Assembly: GCA_963714725.1 (NCBI GenBank)
Contig: CAVQPF010000015.1
Location: 50,213 to 114,212 of the forward strand
Source: Candidatus Bathyarchaeota archaeon
GTDB taxonomy: Archaea > Thermoproteota > Bathyarchaeia > Bathyarchaeales > Bathycorpusculaceae
Direction: 5' to 3'
DNA length: 64,000 bases
Part shown: piece after piece, positions 47,019-57,504 of the stretch
Layout: every line of letters starts with the position of its first letter
Position numbering within the stretch: the stretch's first letter is position 1
The notes under the pieces: generated by a model
What the model was told of the DNA's origin: nothing
Seen by the model: the letters and a program-made list of their open reading frames with translations, nothing else
Databases searched by the model: none
Position numbers and translations under genes: made by a program

Positions 47019-48416
47019 ATGCCTCGCAGAAAAATACTTCTTGATGAAGATCAGATACCAAAACAGTGGTATAATATAACCCCTGATTTGCCTAAACCCA
47101 TTCCCCCTTTCATTGATCCAGCAACAAGGGAACCAGGAGTGGGAATAGTTCCTAGGATATTTCCGATGGAAATTATCGGTCAAGAATTGAGCAAAGAACG
47201 ATGGATAGATATTCCTGAAGCTGTTAGAGAGGTCTATAAGTTATGGAGACCCACTCCCTTATTTAGAGCTATAAATTTAGAAAAAGCTTTGAAAACACCT
47301 GCTAAAATCTATTATAAATATGAAGGAGTTAGCCCTTCTGGAAGTCATAAACCTAATACGGCTGTTCCTCAAGCTTATTATAACATGAAAGCTGGTACCA
47401 AACGTTTAACCACAGAGACTGGAGCAGGTCAATGGGGATCTGCTTTAGCTTTTAGTGCAAACGTTTTTGGATTAGACGCTACAATTTATATGGTCCGAGC
47501 GAGCTATGACCAAAAACCCTACAGAAGAATAATGATGGAGCTTTTTGGTGCTGAATGCTATCCTAGTCCCAGTGAACAAACCGAAGCTGGTAGAAATATT
47601 CTGAAAGAAGATCCTGATAACAAAGGCAGTTTAGGTATAGCAATAAGTGAAGCAGTTGAAGACGCGCTTGTAAATGAAAAAGAAGCCAAATATGCTATCG
47701 GTAGTGTTTTCAATCATGTTTTAATTCATCAGACTGTCGAAGGCTTGGAAGCAAAGAAACAGCTTGAAATTGCTGGAGATTATCCAGATGTAATTTTTGG
47801 GTGCATTGGTGGTGGTAGTAGTTTCTCTGGATTTTTCTGGCCTTTCTTTTATGATAAAGTCGCAGGAAAAGCACCAAAAGAAACAAGATTTGTTGCGACA
47901 GAGGCAACTGCTTGTCCTAAAGTAACTAAAGGCGAATATGTTTATGATCATGGTGATACTGCTGGTATAACTCCACTGGTTCCAATGCACACTCTAGGTC
48001 ATGACTTTATACCTGCTCCAATTCATGCAGGTGGTCTACGTTATCACGGAATTGCCCCATCATTAAGTGTTTTGCGCAGTGAAAATCAGATAGAAGCAAA
48101 AGCTTATAATCAAATTGAAGTATTTGATGCTGCTAAACTTTTTCTTCAAACTGAAGGAATAATTCCTGCCCCGGAACCTTCTCATGCAATAAAAGCTGTA
48201 GTTGACGAAGCACTAAAATGTAAAGAAACTGGTGAAGAAAAAGTCCTGGCCTTTGTGCTTTGTGGTCATGGTCACTTTGACATGCAAGCATACGATTCTT
48301 ATCTATCTGGAAATCTTCTTCCTTATGAATATCCGGCAGAAAAAGTAGCAGCAGCTATGTTAAAACTGAAACTCCGTTATCCTTGGCTAGACGAAGTTAA
48401 TAAAAAATTTATCTAA
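47019..48416 (+). CDS. trpB2: TrpB2-type tryptophan synthase beta-like PLP enzyme
   Basis: '[18 protein letters not shown]', 'SGSHKPNTA', '[15 protein letters not shown]', '[13 protein letters not shown]' TrpB2 signatures. AGGAG RBS 8 nt upstream of the ATG. Confidence 0.7.
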   Translation: MPRRKILLDEDQIPKQWYNITPDLPKPIPPFIDPATREPGVGIVPRIFPMEIIGQELSKERWIDIPEAVREVYKLWRPTPLFRAINLEKALKTPAKIYYKYEGVSPSGSHKPNTAVPQAYYNMKAGTKRLTTETGAGQWGSALAFSANVFGLDATIYMVRASYDQKPYRRIMMELFGAECYPSPSEQTEAGRNILKEDPDNKGSLGIAISEAVEDALVNEKEAKYAIGSVFNHVLIHQTVEGLEAKKQLEIAGDYPDVIFGCIGGGSSFSGFFWPFFYDKVAGKAPKETRFVATEATACPKVTKGEYVYDHGDTAGITPLVPMHTLGHDFIPAPIHAGGLRYHGIAPSLSVLRSENQIEAKAYNQIEVFDAAKLFLQTEGIIPAPEPSHAIKAVVDEALKCKETGEEKVLAFVLCGHGHFDMQAYDSYLSGNLLPYEYPAEKVAAAMLKLKLRYPWLDEVNKKFI

Positions 48417-48579
48417 ATATATTAGACTGAATGACAAAAAAATGATGTTGAAAATCCATCATCTTTTTTATTGTTTATCTGTTATTTTTTTTGTATTAAA
48501 GAACTTATTTTAGACTTTTTTAGTTTATTTTATGGAAAAAGAAAAATAATTAACAATTGAATCAAGATTTGATGCGAAA

Positions 48580-49689
48580 TTGAAAACTTTGGGTTTCATT
48601 ATTAATCCAGTAGCCGGAATGGGTGGTGCGGTTGGTCTCAAAGGTACTGATGGAACAGACATTCTAAATAAAGCTATACGTTTAGGAGCAAAACCTATTG
48701 CTCAGAAAAGGGCTGAACATTTTCTCCTAGAATTGAATAATCTTATGCCGAATGTAAAACTTTTTGTTGGTGGTGGAATTATGGGTGAAAACGCAATTAA
48801 AAAATTTGGTTTTGATTATAAAATTTTTGGGGAAAGAAAAAAATCAACAACCTCAGAAGATACTATAAACCTTGCTTCTATTTTAGCTAAGTCAGATTTG
48901 GATCTTTTAGTTTTTTGTGGGGGTGATGGAACAGCCCGAGACATAGAAAAAGCAGTTAATCTCTCTATTCCTGTTTTAGGTGTTCCAACAGGAGTAAAAA
49001 TGCATAGTGGTGTTTTTGCAGTAAATCCGATAGCTGCGGCTAAAATTGCGGTAAAATTCCTTAATGATAAGTTACCTGTAAAAGAAACAGAAATTATGGA
49101 TGTGGATGAAAAAGCGTTTAGAAATGGTCACCTTTCTGCGCATCTTTATGGTTATGTGTTATCTCCCTACGAACCCCTTCTGTTACAGGGAAACAAGTTG
49201 GGCAGTCCAACAACAGAAAGTGAATTGCGTAATCAGGCTGCCATATCGGTTTATGTTATCGAAAAGATGGTAGACAATACACTCTATATTATTGGACCCG
49301 GAACCACAACCAGAACAATAACTGATCTATTAGATGCAAATAAGACTCTTCTAGGCGTAGATCTTTTCTATAATAAAAAAATTTTTGCCCAAGATGTGAA
49401 TGAGAAAAAAATATTAGATGCAATAAATACAAAAAAAGCGAAAATAATAGTTACGCCGATTGGTGGTCAAGGTTTTGTTTTTGGTAGAGGCAATCAACAG
49501 ATAAGTTCTGCTGTAATAAAAGCTGTAGGTTTGAAAAATATTATTGTAGTTTCTTCCAAAAGCAAATTATCTAATTTACAACATCTGCGAGTTGATACTG
49601 GCGATCAAAAATTAGATGATTTATTTAGAGCAAATAAACTTAAAGTAATAATTGATTATGGAATTGAGCATATAGTGAAAGTTGAATGA
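48580..49689 (+). CDS. COG3199-like ATP-NAD/diacylglycerol-kinase-fold protein
   Basis: 'GFIINPVAGMGGAVGLKGTDG' N-terminal motif and 'FCGGDGTARD'. Specific function not assigned. Confidence 0.4.
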   Translation: MKTLGFIINPVAGMGGAVGLKGTDGTDILNKAIRLGAKPIAQKRAEHFLLELNNLMPNVKLFVGGGIMGENAIKKFGFDYKIFGERKKSTTSEDTINLASILAKSDLDLLVFCGGDGTARDIEKAVNLSIPVLGVPTGVKMHSGVFAVNPIAAAKIAVKFLNDKLPVKETEIMDVDEKAFRNGHLSAHLYGYVLSPYEPLLLQGNKLGSPTTESELRNQAAISVYVIEKMVDNTLYIIGPGTTTRTITDLLDANKTLLGVDLFYNKKIFAQDVNEKKILDAINTKKAKIIVTPIGGQGFVFGRGNQQISSAVIKAVGLKNIIVVSSKSKLSNLQHLRVDTGDQKLDDLFRANKLKVIIDYGIEHIVKVE

Positions 49690-49780
49690 TATACTGCTGC
49701 TATTCATCAAATAGGTAATAAATAATAGACAATCAGAACTATCCAATTAATGAAAAATAACAAATAAGGAAGACGAAAAT

Positions 49781-50885
49781 TTGATTTCAATTAATATGCC
49801 AATAATTGGAGACGCCGAAGTTAAAGCAGTTGTTGAAGTTTTAAGGCATGGCCCATTAACTAGTGCACTTGGTGAAGGTCCTAAAGTTTCTGCTTTCGAA
49901 AAAGAATTTGCAAAGTTTGCTAATGTTTCTTATTCTATAGCAGTTAATACTGGTACTTCTGCTTTGCATTTAGCTATCGTTTCAGCTGGTGTAAAACCTG
50001 GAGATGAAGTGATACTACCGAGTTTTACGTTTGTTGCCACCGCCGAAGCAATAGTAATGGCGGGTGGAAAACCTGTTTTTGTTGACATTGACCCTATATC
50101 TTTCAATATTAACCCTGATAAAATTGAAGAAAAAATCACTATTAACACTAAAGTCATAATGCCTGTAGATCTTTTTGGTCTACCTGCAGATTTGAATCCT
50201 ATTCGAAAAATCGCTATGGACCATGATATAGCCATAGTTGAGGATGCTGCCCAGGCTCATGGTGCAAAATATTCGGGAAAACCAGTTGGTTTGTTAGCAA
50301 ACTCGACTTGTTGGAGTTTCTATGCTAGCAAGAACATGACAACTGGAGAAGGTGGAATTATTACTACTAATAATGCTGAAATGGCCAAATTTTTACGAAT
50401 GTTAAGATCACATGGAGAAAAAACAAAATACTCTTCTTTGACTCTGGGCTATAACTATCGTATGTCAGAAATGCAAGCCGCTTTGGGGTTGGTTCAATTA
50501 GATAAACTACCCTATTTTGTAGCTAAACGTACTGCTAACGCAAAAAAACTGAACGCAAATTCTGTCAAAAGAAAAACGGCTAAAACTACCTTTCAATTCG
50601 GAAGTTATGACTAGTGGTTGGAATCTATATACTGTTAAATTAAAAGATTCAACTGAAAAAGAAAGAGATGAACTAGTTAATACACTTAGGACAAAAGGTA
50701 TTGGTGCTGCAGTGTATTATGTCAATCCTGTGCATCTTATGCCATTTTATAGAGAAAATTTTGGATTGTATAAACTTCCTGAAACTGAGGAAGCTGCAAA
50801 AAAAGTATTTTCTTTACCCGTTCATCCTGGTCTTCAAGATTCTCAAATTGAGTACATAGCTCAAACTTTACTTAATTCATTATGA
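49781..50885 (+). pseudogene. DegT/DnrJ/EryC1/StrS-family PLP-dependent sugar aminotransferase, +1 frameshift
   Basis: N-terminal 277-aa ORF ('GPKVSAFEKEFA...SALHLAIV', 'DAAQAHGA', 'SFYASKNMTTGEGG') plus a 92-aa C-terminal ORF in another frame ('HLMPFYRENFG...SLPVHPGL'). Frame change at an A5 run, 50571-50579. Confidence 0.6.
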
Positions 50886-51006
50886 TTGTTAAAAAATTGT
50901 AGTTTGATCAACTAAATAAAATGCAAAAGTTAAATACTCACTTAAGATTTTATTTGAGCCTGTCAGAAAATATCCAATCTTATATTCTTTGAAGGAATAG
51001 AAACCA

Positions 51007-51390
51007 ATGGTTGAGAATACTGATATTTCAAGAATTAAAATTCGATTTTCGATTTCCAATCTAGGAGAAGCTGAAGGAGAATTTTCGAGATTTTTAGCGC
51101 CTAGATCTATTGATGCACTACTTCGCAAACTGCCATTTGAAGGGCGACTCACTTTGTGGAAAGAGGAAGTATATTTCGAAATACCTGTTAAACTAGGGCT
51201 GGAAAAACCTAAATCAAGGATAAAGGAAGGTACTATAGCTTTTTGGCCAATCGGTAGTGCTTTCTGTATTTTTTTTGGAAAGTCCCAACCTTTTAGTCCA
51301 GTTACTGTTTTGGGAAAAATAACTAAAAATCTAGAGCTATTTAAACAGGCAAAAAATGGCAACGTTATGAAAGTTGAGCTCTCTGTTTAA
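51007..51390 (+). CDS. Cyclophilin-like-fold protein (COG2164/DUF3830-like)
   Basis: 127 aa. 'GEAEGEFSRFLAPRSIDALLRKLPFEGRLTLWKEEVYFEIP' resembles the COG2164 family. Confidence 0.4.
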   Translation: MVENTDISRIKIRFSISNLGEAEGEFSRFLAPRSIDALLRKLPFEGRLTLWKEEVYFEIPVKLGLEKPKSRIKEGTIAFWPIGSAFCIFFGKSQPFSPVTVLGKITKNLELFKQAKNGNVMKVELSV

Positions 51391-51866
51391 TACGCTAAAG
51401 CTGAGTCTTCCCACATCTGAAGCAAACGTTTGCATTCATCTTTGATGCTTTTGTTTTTACTCTCTTTTTTCAATTTCTCTAAAAATTCTATTCTTTTATT
51501 TACTGAGCGTTTCTCTGCTTGCCCACCGTAATACTCTTTGCCTTCAAGATATTCTTTCATGTGGTTAACTTTTTGAACAAAAAGACTTGCTGCATCAACA
51601 GGATTTTCAACAGCAAACTTGTTTGCCCAAATAACCGCTTCTGTCTCACGAAGTTGAGTTAAACCATCAATTTCAGTTATTTCTCTGATATAAGTTCTCA
51701 ATAACTCGTAATATCCCACACTCTTTAACAAATCAAGAGATTCGTTAACTTTTTCTTTAAATTTTTGTGTTCCTTCAACTTTTAGGATATGTTTGTAGCC
51801 TTGATCGAGGAGGTTTTTTGCTGTTTGTACCTCTTTTGTAGTATAAACTTTTTCAGGAAATTTCAT
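51387..51866 (-). CDS. Hypothetical protein
   Basis: 159 aa ORF with coding-like composition. No motif recognised. Confidence 0.2.
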   Translation of the reverse strand: MKFPEKVYTTKEVQTAKNLLDQGYKHILKVEGTQKFKEKVNESLDLLKSVGYYELLRTYIREITEIDGLTQLRETEAVIWANKFAVENPVDAASLFVQKVNHMKEYLEGKEYYGGQAEKRSVNKRIEFLEKLKKESKNKSIKDECKRLLQMWEDSALAY

Positions 51867-51920
51867 TTTTATTACTCAATATAATTGAAAAGGAAAAAAA
51901 ACTTGTAATGAAATAAGTGA

Positions 51921-52256
51921 CTAGACTTCTAAAGGTTTGTATATTTTGATTGTATGATTGCCTGATACTAGTTGTACTGCTCCATTTTGCTCAAGTTGTT
52001 CCAAGAAATCCTTTGCTGCACTTATTCTTATGTTAAATTTTGTTGAAACTGCAAAAGGTGTTAAAACCTTCATTTTCTTTATTTCACTAACTATTTTCTT
52101 GTTTTTTATACTTGGAGGAAGGATGCCTACCATCTTTTTCTCTTTTGTAAATGTCTTTTTATCTTTCTTCTTCTTATCTGATCCTTTGTCCTCTTCGCTT
52201 CTTCTGGATTGTGCTCGCTCTATTTGTTTTAAACTGAGTTTTTTTTGTCCGCCCAT
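51921..52256 (-). CDS. rps25e: 30S ribosomal protein S25e
   Basis: Lys-rich N-terminus. C-terminal 'LTPFAVSTKFNIRISAAKDFLEQLEQNGAVQLVS' matches the S25e winged helix. Confidence 0.65.
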   Translation of the reverse strand: MGGQKKLSLKQIERAQSRRSEEDKGSDKKKKDKKTFTKEKKMVGILPPSIKNKKIVSEIKKMKVLTPFAVSTKFNIRISAAKDFLEQLEQNGAVQLVSGNHTIKIYKPLEV

Positions 52257-52289
52257 TGTTTTGTCTCTCTTTTGCTATATTTTTATCAA

Positions 52290-53780
52290 TTAAAAAGGCT
52301 CAGTTATTTCAACTTTGTGCCTGTTTTTCCACTCTTTGAGCGGAATTCCCATTTTACTTTCAATATTAGGTCGATGAATTGAATTCATTGTACAAAATGG
52401 AATTATTCTCCCATCTGGTATAGCATAGTGTATTACACATCTCTGAACACGTTCCAAATCAAAATTATAAGGATCCATAAAATGCATAGATGATAAAAGA
52501 ATAGTATTTCTTTGCAGATCACCTAATGCTTTATAATCTCCTTCTTTTAAAACTCGCAGTAAATATTTCCGCAGAAAACCAAATTTTACATGTCTAGCTG
52601 CTGTTAGAAGGTGCAGTTTAGCTTTGTTCTTGCTACCTTTTTCAGATAGTTCATAAATGTTCTTCATGCTTTTGATGAATTTATCTATGTTAGCATATCG
52701 GGTTATAGGCGTAATTTTTTCACCATCTATAAAAAGGTATGTAGCTAATCCACAATGAGGATGAGCAGTAAACTCGACATACCTTTTATTTTTTAAAGAT
52801 CCAATGGCTTTAGAAACAGGAACAACTGTTGGAACAGGATAAAAATCTGAAACTTTAATTTCTCCATTTGTCTGTTCTTCTACAAGTTTAGTAAAATCTG
52901 GAATTGTAATGCGCATTTTATCTCTCTCTTCTTGTGGAAGTCGCCCACAGAGTGAAACTGGTTGAACATTTATGCATCTTATCACGTCAAAGTTTTTGGC
53001 TGCAAATCTTATTATATCGCCTAATTGCTTATCATTTACCCCTTTTACCAGAGTAACAACCAACACTAAACTTTTAAGACCTGCTTCTCGACAATTTTCG
53101 ATAGCTTGCATCTTTTTTTCAAGAAGATCAATTCCTCGGATGAATTCGTATACGTCTGAAGTTAATCCATCAAATTGCAAATATACTGTGCTAACTCCAG
53201 ACTCTTTCAATTTTTTGCAATAATCTACACTCTGAGCAAGTCGAATTCCATTAGTATTAATTTCCACATGACGAAAACCAATTTCTTTAGCTTTTTCAAT
53301 TAATTCAAATAAATCTTTTCGAATTGTAGGTTCTCCGCCTGAGAACTGCAATGCAGTAGCTGGAACGGGATCATTTTTTCGCAGGTTCTCTAGCATACCC
53401 ACGATTTCCTTTTTAGTAGGTTCATAAACATAACCTGCTGAAGCTGCGTTAGCAAAACACACAGGACATGTTAGATTACACCTATTTGTTATGTCGATAA
53501 TAGCGAGTGCTGTGTGTGATTTGTGCTCAGTACAAATCCCACAATCATTAGGGCACCCTTTTTCCTTTTTTGTATGAGGATTATTTAGGCCTTCACCGTC
53601 ATATCGAAGTTTCTCTGCTTTCATATACTGATCATAATCTGACCAGTACAACTCTTGAAAAGAACCATGCTCAAGACACTTCTTTTTAATAAATACTTTG
53701 TTATCTTTCTCAAAAATCGTAGCGTCCAATGTTTTTAAGCATTCAGGACAGATACTTTGAGTGCTCTTAATTGTCTTCAT
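52290..53780 (-). CDS. Radical SAM protein with N-terminal zinc ribbon (COG1964-type; possibly tetraether-lipid-synthase-like)
   Basis: 'CPEC...C.EHG' ribbon, radical-SAM 'CNLTCPVCFANA' (CxxxCxxC), 'FSGGEPT'. 496 aa. Confidence 0.55.
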   Translation of the reverse strand: MKTIKSTQSICPECLKTLDATIFEKDNKVFIKKKCLEHGSFQELYWSDYDQYMKAEKLRYDGEGLNNPHTKKEKGCPNDCGICTEHKSHTALAIIDITNRCNLTCPVCFANAASAGYVYEPTKKEIVGMLENLRKNDPVPATALQFSGGEPTIRKDLFELIEKAKEIGFRHVEINTNGIRLAQSVDYCKKLKESGVSTVYLQFDGLTSDVYEFIRGIDLLEKKMQAIENCREAGLKSLVLVVTLVKGVNDKQLGDIIRFAAKNFDVIRCINVQPVSLCGRLPQEERDKMRITIPDFTKLVEEQTNGEIKVSDFYPVPTVVPVSKAIGSLKNKRYVEFTAHPHCGLATYLFIDGEKITPITRYANIDKFIKSMKNIYELSEKGSKNKAKLHLLTAARHVKFGFLRKYLLRVLKEGDYKALGDLQRNTILLSSMHFMDPYNFDLERVQRCVIHYAIPDGRIIPFCTMNSIHRPNIESKMGIPLKEWKNRHKVEITEPF

Positions 53781-53878
53781 TAACTGAAACCTTTTATAAC
53801 TATTATAGAAGTTTTAAGAATCACCAGCAAATAATAATATTTCCAAACAACTACTACGGTGATTAAGGGGGAGCTTTA

Positions 53879-54628
53879 TTGTCTGTCAGTGAAAAAACCC
53901 GCACAATTATGAAAGAAATGGGATTGAATGCTTACGAAATTGAGGCTATAATTGTACTTCTGGAAAATGGCCAAATGACTGCAATGGAAATAAGTCAAAA
54001 AACAGCCATTCCTTATTCGAAAATTTATGAAGTTCTAAACTTGCTCAAAGAGAAAGGATGGCTAAAAAGTTCTGAAAGTCGTCCATTTAAGTATTTTCCA
54101 GTTCCTCCTCTTGAAGCGATAACTGCTGTAAAACTCAGACTTGAAGATAAGTATCAAAATTGGAAAACAGCTATTTCTGATGAATTACAGCCTTTATACG
54201 AGAATAGACAATTAGTTGAACACCCAGAGATGTTGATATTACGTGGTCAAGAAGCTATTATGGATAAACTTGAAGAAATTCTTAAAAAAGCTACAAAAGA
54301 GCTGATGTTTGCTGCTCCAAAATTTGCAAGAAATATTATTTCACAAATAGATCCAATAACGCTTAACTTGCATAAATCGGTCAAAATCAAACTTATGTTT
54401 GCTGGAAAAACAGAAGATTGGCTTTTTATAAAAAAGATTTTCGGATTGGATACTTTTCGAACCCGAAATCATATGTTCGGTGGTGGAGTAATTGCTGATG
54501 AAAAAGAAGCTATGCTCTTTTTAGGAGAAGATAAACCTAGTTTGGTTGTTTGGAGTGATCATATAGGATTAGTTGGTTTTGCTCGTGAATATTTCCAGTT
54601 TCTTTGGGATTCGTCAAAACAAATTTGA
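53879..54628 (+). CDS. TrmB-family transcriptional regulator
   Basis: N-terminal wHTH 'LGLNAYEIEAIIVLLENGQMTAMEISQKTAIPYSKIYEVLNLLKEKGWL' plus C-terminal TrmB effector domain. Confidence 0.6.
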   Translation: MSVSEKTRTIMKEMGLNAYEIEAIIVLLENGQMTAMEISQKTAIPYSKIYEVLNLLKEKGWLKSSESRPFKYFPVPPLEAITAVKLRLEDKYQNWKTAISDELQPLYENRQLVEHPEMLILRGQEAIMDKLEEILKKATKELMFAAPKFARNIISQIDPITLNLHKSVKIKLMFAGKTEDWLFIKKIFGLDTFRTRNHMFGGGVIADEKEAMLFLGEDKPSLVVWSDHIGLVGFAREYFQFLWDSSKQI

Positions 54629-54677
54629 TGATGATAATTTCAAGTTAATAAAAAGAAAAGGGAAGTTTTTGAAAAAA

Positions 54678-54899
54678 TTATTTTTCCATAACTTTTTTTG
54701 AGGCAATCTCGATATCTTCAGCTTTTATTGTTTTTCGTCCTGCATGCATAGCGAAATCTAAAGCTTCTTTTGCAATTTTTATTCCGATACCTTCCAACGC
54801 TTTAGCGAGTTCTTTTGCTGCTGCCTCACTTACTCTATCTGCTCCAGCTTTTTTACAAAGTCTATGCATCGGAGCTACAGCTAATTCTGAATTGGTCAT
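54678..54899 (-). CDS. Archaeal histone (HMf-like), 73 aa
   Basis: '[32 protein letters not shown]...[15 protein letters not shown]' histone fold. ATG preceded by GGAG (9-nt spacer) and a TATA-like box ~40 nt upstream. Confidence 0.75.
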   Translation of the reverse strand: MTNSELAVAPMHRLCKKAGADRVSEAAAKELAKALEGIGIKIAKEALDFAMHAGRKTIKAEDIEIASKKVMEK

Positions 54900-54929
54900 A
54901 AAGACTTCTCCGTAGCTTCTTTTTCTTTT

Positions 54930-54950
54930 TAAAGCTATATTTAGCCTTTG
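54930..54950 (-). promoter_or_regulatory. Candidate TATA box/promoter for the histone gene
   Basis: Minus-strand 'GCTAAATATAGCTTT' ~37-44 nt upstream of the histone ATG. Lies inside the TTG-extended ORF. Confidence 0.35.
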
Positions 54951-55095
54951 CGGTTCCTCGGTTACCTTTAAATCGTTTAAATCTGACAATGAATGAATTT
55001 TTTGCTTTTTACTTGAAAAAAGAGGTCATCTGATATTTTTTTTTATTATTGCAATAAGCATAATTTTCTTAAAACGCGAAAAAACCCTTTCAATG

Positions 55096-55395
55096 TTAAA
55101 ATCCGATAATACTGGGAAAGAAGAAATATATTATAAGGATAACTATTACAACAATTGTAACCCCGACAACAATTATTGCAGCTTTTGATTTTGATTTTTT
55201 AATCTTTCTAGGCTGATTTGCATCTGATCTTTTTTTCCTCCATTTTCCAGATTTTGTTCTCTCTCTTTCTTTTGACCATTTTCCTTTTTTAACTCTAGGT
55301 GCTGGCAAAAATTCAACCTCACTTTCGTATCCTTTCATTTTACATTTCACACATATAAATTTGCCAATCGTAATTATGTTTTTAAAACTTAACAA
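55096..55395 (-). CDS. Small basic protein with C-terminal transmembrane helix
   Basis: 99 aa. 'CVKCK', Lys/Arg-rich middle, hydrophobic tail 'AAIIVVGVTIVVIVILIIYFFF'. Confidence 0.2.
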   Translation of the reverse strand: MLSFKNIITIGKFICVKCKMKGYESEVEFLPAPRVKKGKWSKERERTKSGKWRKKRSDANQPRKIKKSKSKAAIIVVGVTIVVIVILIIYFFFPSIIGF

Positions 55396-55514
55396 AAAAA
55401 TAATTACTTAAATAAAGCATAAACTTAAATTACGTCTCTTATTCTATACGAAGTTGCCTCTGTACTTTCAAGCTATGGAGGAAAAAGCCAATAAAATTGG
55501 AGGAATCCCGGCAT

Positions 55515-55745
55515 TTGGGAAAAGTAAAGACAGAACAAATTAAAAACTTAGGCAAAGAATTAATGAAGCGTTTTCCAGAAAAATTTTCCAGAAATTTTGA
55601 TGAGAATAAGCAGATGGTAGATAAGTTAACAGAAGGGACAACAACAAAGGTTAGAAATAAAGTAGCTGGATACATCACTAGAACTATTTCTTTAGCTTTC
55701 TCTGCATCTTCGGAAAACGAATCAGAAGATGAATTAATAGTTTAG
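55515..55745 (+). CDS. rps17e: 30S ribosomal protein S17e
   Basis: 'GKVKTEQIKNLGKELMKRFPEKFSRNFDENKQ...VRNKVAGYITR' matches S17e. TTG start with GGAGG 12 nt upstream. TAG stop. Confidence 0.7.
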   Translation: MGKVKTEQIKNLGKELMKRFPEKFSRNFDENKQMVDKLTEGTTTKVRNKVAGYITRTISLAFSASSENESEDELIV

Positions 55746-55769
55746 GTTGTTCTCAAGAAGAGAATTCCT

Positions 55770-56147
55770 ATGATGGATGAATACAGGAAAGGTTGGGCAT
55801 TAAGATACCTCCGTGAAGCTAAAGCAGAGCTTAAAGCGGCTAGAACTGTGCCTTACATGTCCTCTAGTCTAGTATTAGAATCTATTAGGAAAGCTAGAAA
55901 CGCAATTTATTATAGTTTAGGTGAACCCGCATTCATAGAAATTCTTTTACGCGAAGAAGCGGAAAACTGTAATCCTTCCGACGACTCAATTCTACGATTT
56001 TTAGTTGAACTTGAGTCTGTTGTACAACAACTATCACAAATGGAGGAAGTTAATGCTGAAGCAATGATGAATCAAGCTGACACGTTAGTTCAGGTAGCTT
56101 CCGATATTGTGGAAACTTTTACTGAAGAAAAATCAGATGAGTTTTAA
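55770..56147 (+). CDS. Hypothetical helical protein
   Basis: 125 aa ORF. No motif recognised. Confidence 0.2.
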   Translation: MMDEYRKGWALRYLREAKAELKAARTVPYMSSSLVLESIRKARNAIYYSLGEPAFIEILLREEAENCNPSDDSILRFLVELESVVQQLSQMEEVNAEAMMNQADTLVQVASDIVETFTEEKSDEF

Positions 56148-56233
56148 CAAATAATTTTTCTCATATTTGAAACTTGGGAAGAATTTTAAAATAAATTCTT
56201 ATTACTGTCATAGATAGGTGGCGTGGGAAATAA

Positions 56234-56518
56234 GTGGTAATTAAAGTCAAATTTGTAGGAGCACTACGTAATATAGCTGGAGTAAACGAAAAGACATTCG
56301 ACTGTAATAACGGTCTTTCTTTACTATTTCTTATAAATCTTATAATAAAGGAACTTCCAACTCTTAATCAACATTTAGTTATTCAGCAAAATGAAGAATT
56401 CAGATTAAATTCTTTGATCCTCATAAACGAAACAGAGATAAGCGTATTAAATGGGCTAGAAACCAAAATAAATAATGATGATGAAATAGTTTTTGTTCCA
56501 TTCATTCATGGAGGTTAA
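56234..56518 (+). CDS. moaD: MoaD/ThiS-family ubiquitin-like small protein (SAMP-like), C-terminal Gly-Gly
   Basis: 94 aa beta-grasp-like. Ends '...FVPFIHGG*'. MoaE is present elsewhere in the window. Confidence 0.55.
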   Translation: MVIKVKFVGALRNIAGVNEKTFDCNNGLSLLFLINLIIKELPTLNQHLVIQQNEEFRLNSLILINETEISVLNGLETKINNDDEIVFVPFIHGG

Positions 56519-57308
56519 TAAATTAATCACATTAACCACAGATTTTGGTCTTTTGGATCCTTATGTTTCAGAAATGAAAGCTGTAATATTGAGTATTTCT
56601 CCAGAGGCAAGAATAGTAGACATAACTCATAATATCTCCAAATTTAACATACGCATGGGCGCTTTCATTCTTTCCTCCGCTTTGAACTATTTTCCCAAAG
56701 GCACCATTCATGTTGCTGTTGTTGATCCGGGTGTTGGATCCCAAAGAAGGCCCTTATTGATAGAGACAAAAAAGGGATTTCTTATCGGTCCAGACAATGG
56801 TCTTTTGATATTAGCGGCCCAGAAACAGGGTATAAAAAATGTTTATGAATTGACAAATACGAATTTAATGCTGAATAAAGTTTCTAATACATTTCATGGA
56901 AGAGATATTTTTGCTCCGGCAGCGGCATATCTATTGAAGGGAGTTACTCCTATGACTTTTGGACCAAAAACAAATGAATTAACAAAACCTATTTTTGCAA
57001 AAGTTATTAAAACCAAAAACACCCTAATTGGACAAATAATTTACATTGACGATTTTGGTAACATAATCACTAATATACCTCTAGATAAATCATTTCAAGA
57101 CTTAATTGGTCAAAAGTTGAATATCAAATTATCAACTTCTAATTTAATTATAAAATTTTGTAAAACTTATTCTGAAGTAAAAATTGGGGAATTATTAATA
57201 ACTATTGGAAGCCATGGGTTTCTAGAAATTTCGGCTAATCAAAATAATGCTGGAAAAATACTCAATATTAAGCCAGGTACTGAAATAGTTGTAAATATTT
57301 CTAGATAA
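56508..57308 (+). CDS. SAM hydroxide adenosyltransferase (DUF62)
   Basis: 'ITLTTDFGLLDPYVSEMKAVI', 'VAVVDPGVGSQRRPL', 'GPDNGLL' DUF62 signatures. Confidence 0.65.
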   Translation: MEVNKLITLTTDFGLLDPYVSEMKAVILSISPEARIVDITHNISKFNIRMGAFILSSALNYFPKGTIHVAVVDPGVGSQRRPLLIETKKGFLIGPDNGLLILAAQKQGIKNVYELTNTNLMLNKVSNTFHGRDIFAPAAAYLLKGVTPMTFGPKTNELTKPIFAKVIKTKNTLIGQIIYIDDFGNIITNIPLDKSFQDLIGQKLNIKLSTSNLIIKFCKTYSEVKIGELLITIGSHGFLEISANQNNAGKILNIKPGTEIVVNISR

Positions 57309-57504
57309 ACTATGTTTTGGATCTCTATCCCTAAAAGATATTTTAATACTACACTTCACTTTTTTTAAAAAAAACTTTGTTCCTAGAGTTATTTGAAGGT
57401 TACCTTTTTTATGTAAATTAACTAAAAAATAGATTGAAATGATATTCTAACATCATAAACTCTTTAAGCATACTTCATATACGTAATGGAAGGTTTGAAA
57501 GGTC

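Noticed and set aside
54900-54989. 30-aa basic N-terminal tail on the archaeal histone ('[30 protein letters not shown]'), as in some Asgard histones
   Set aside because: The extension begins with TTG, not ATG. The first ATG gives a canonical 73-aa HMf-like histone and is preceded by GGAG at 9 nt. A TATA-like box (54936-54943) lies inside the putative tail, so the tail is most likely a 5' UTR/promoter read as ORF.
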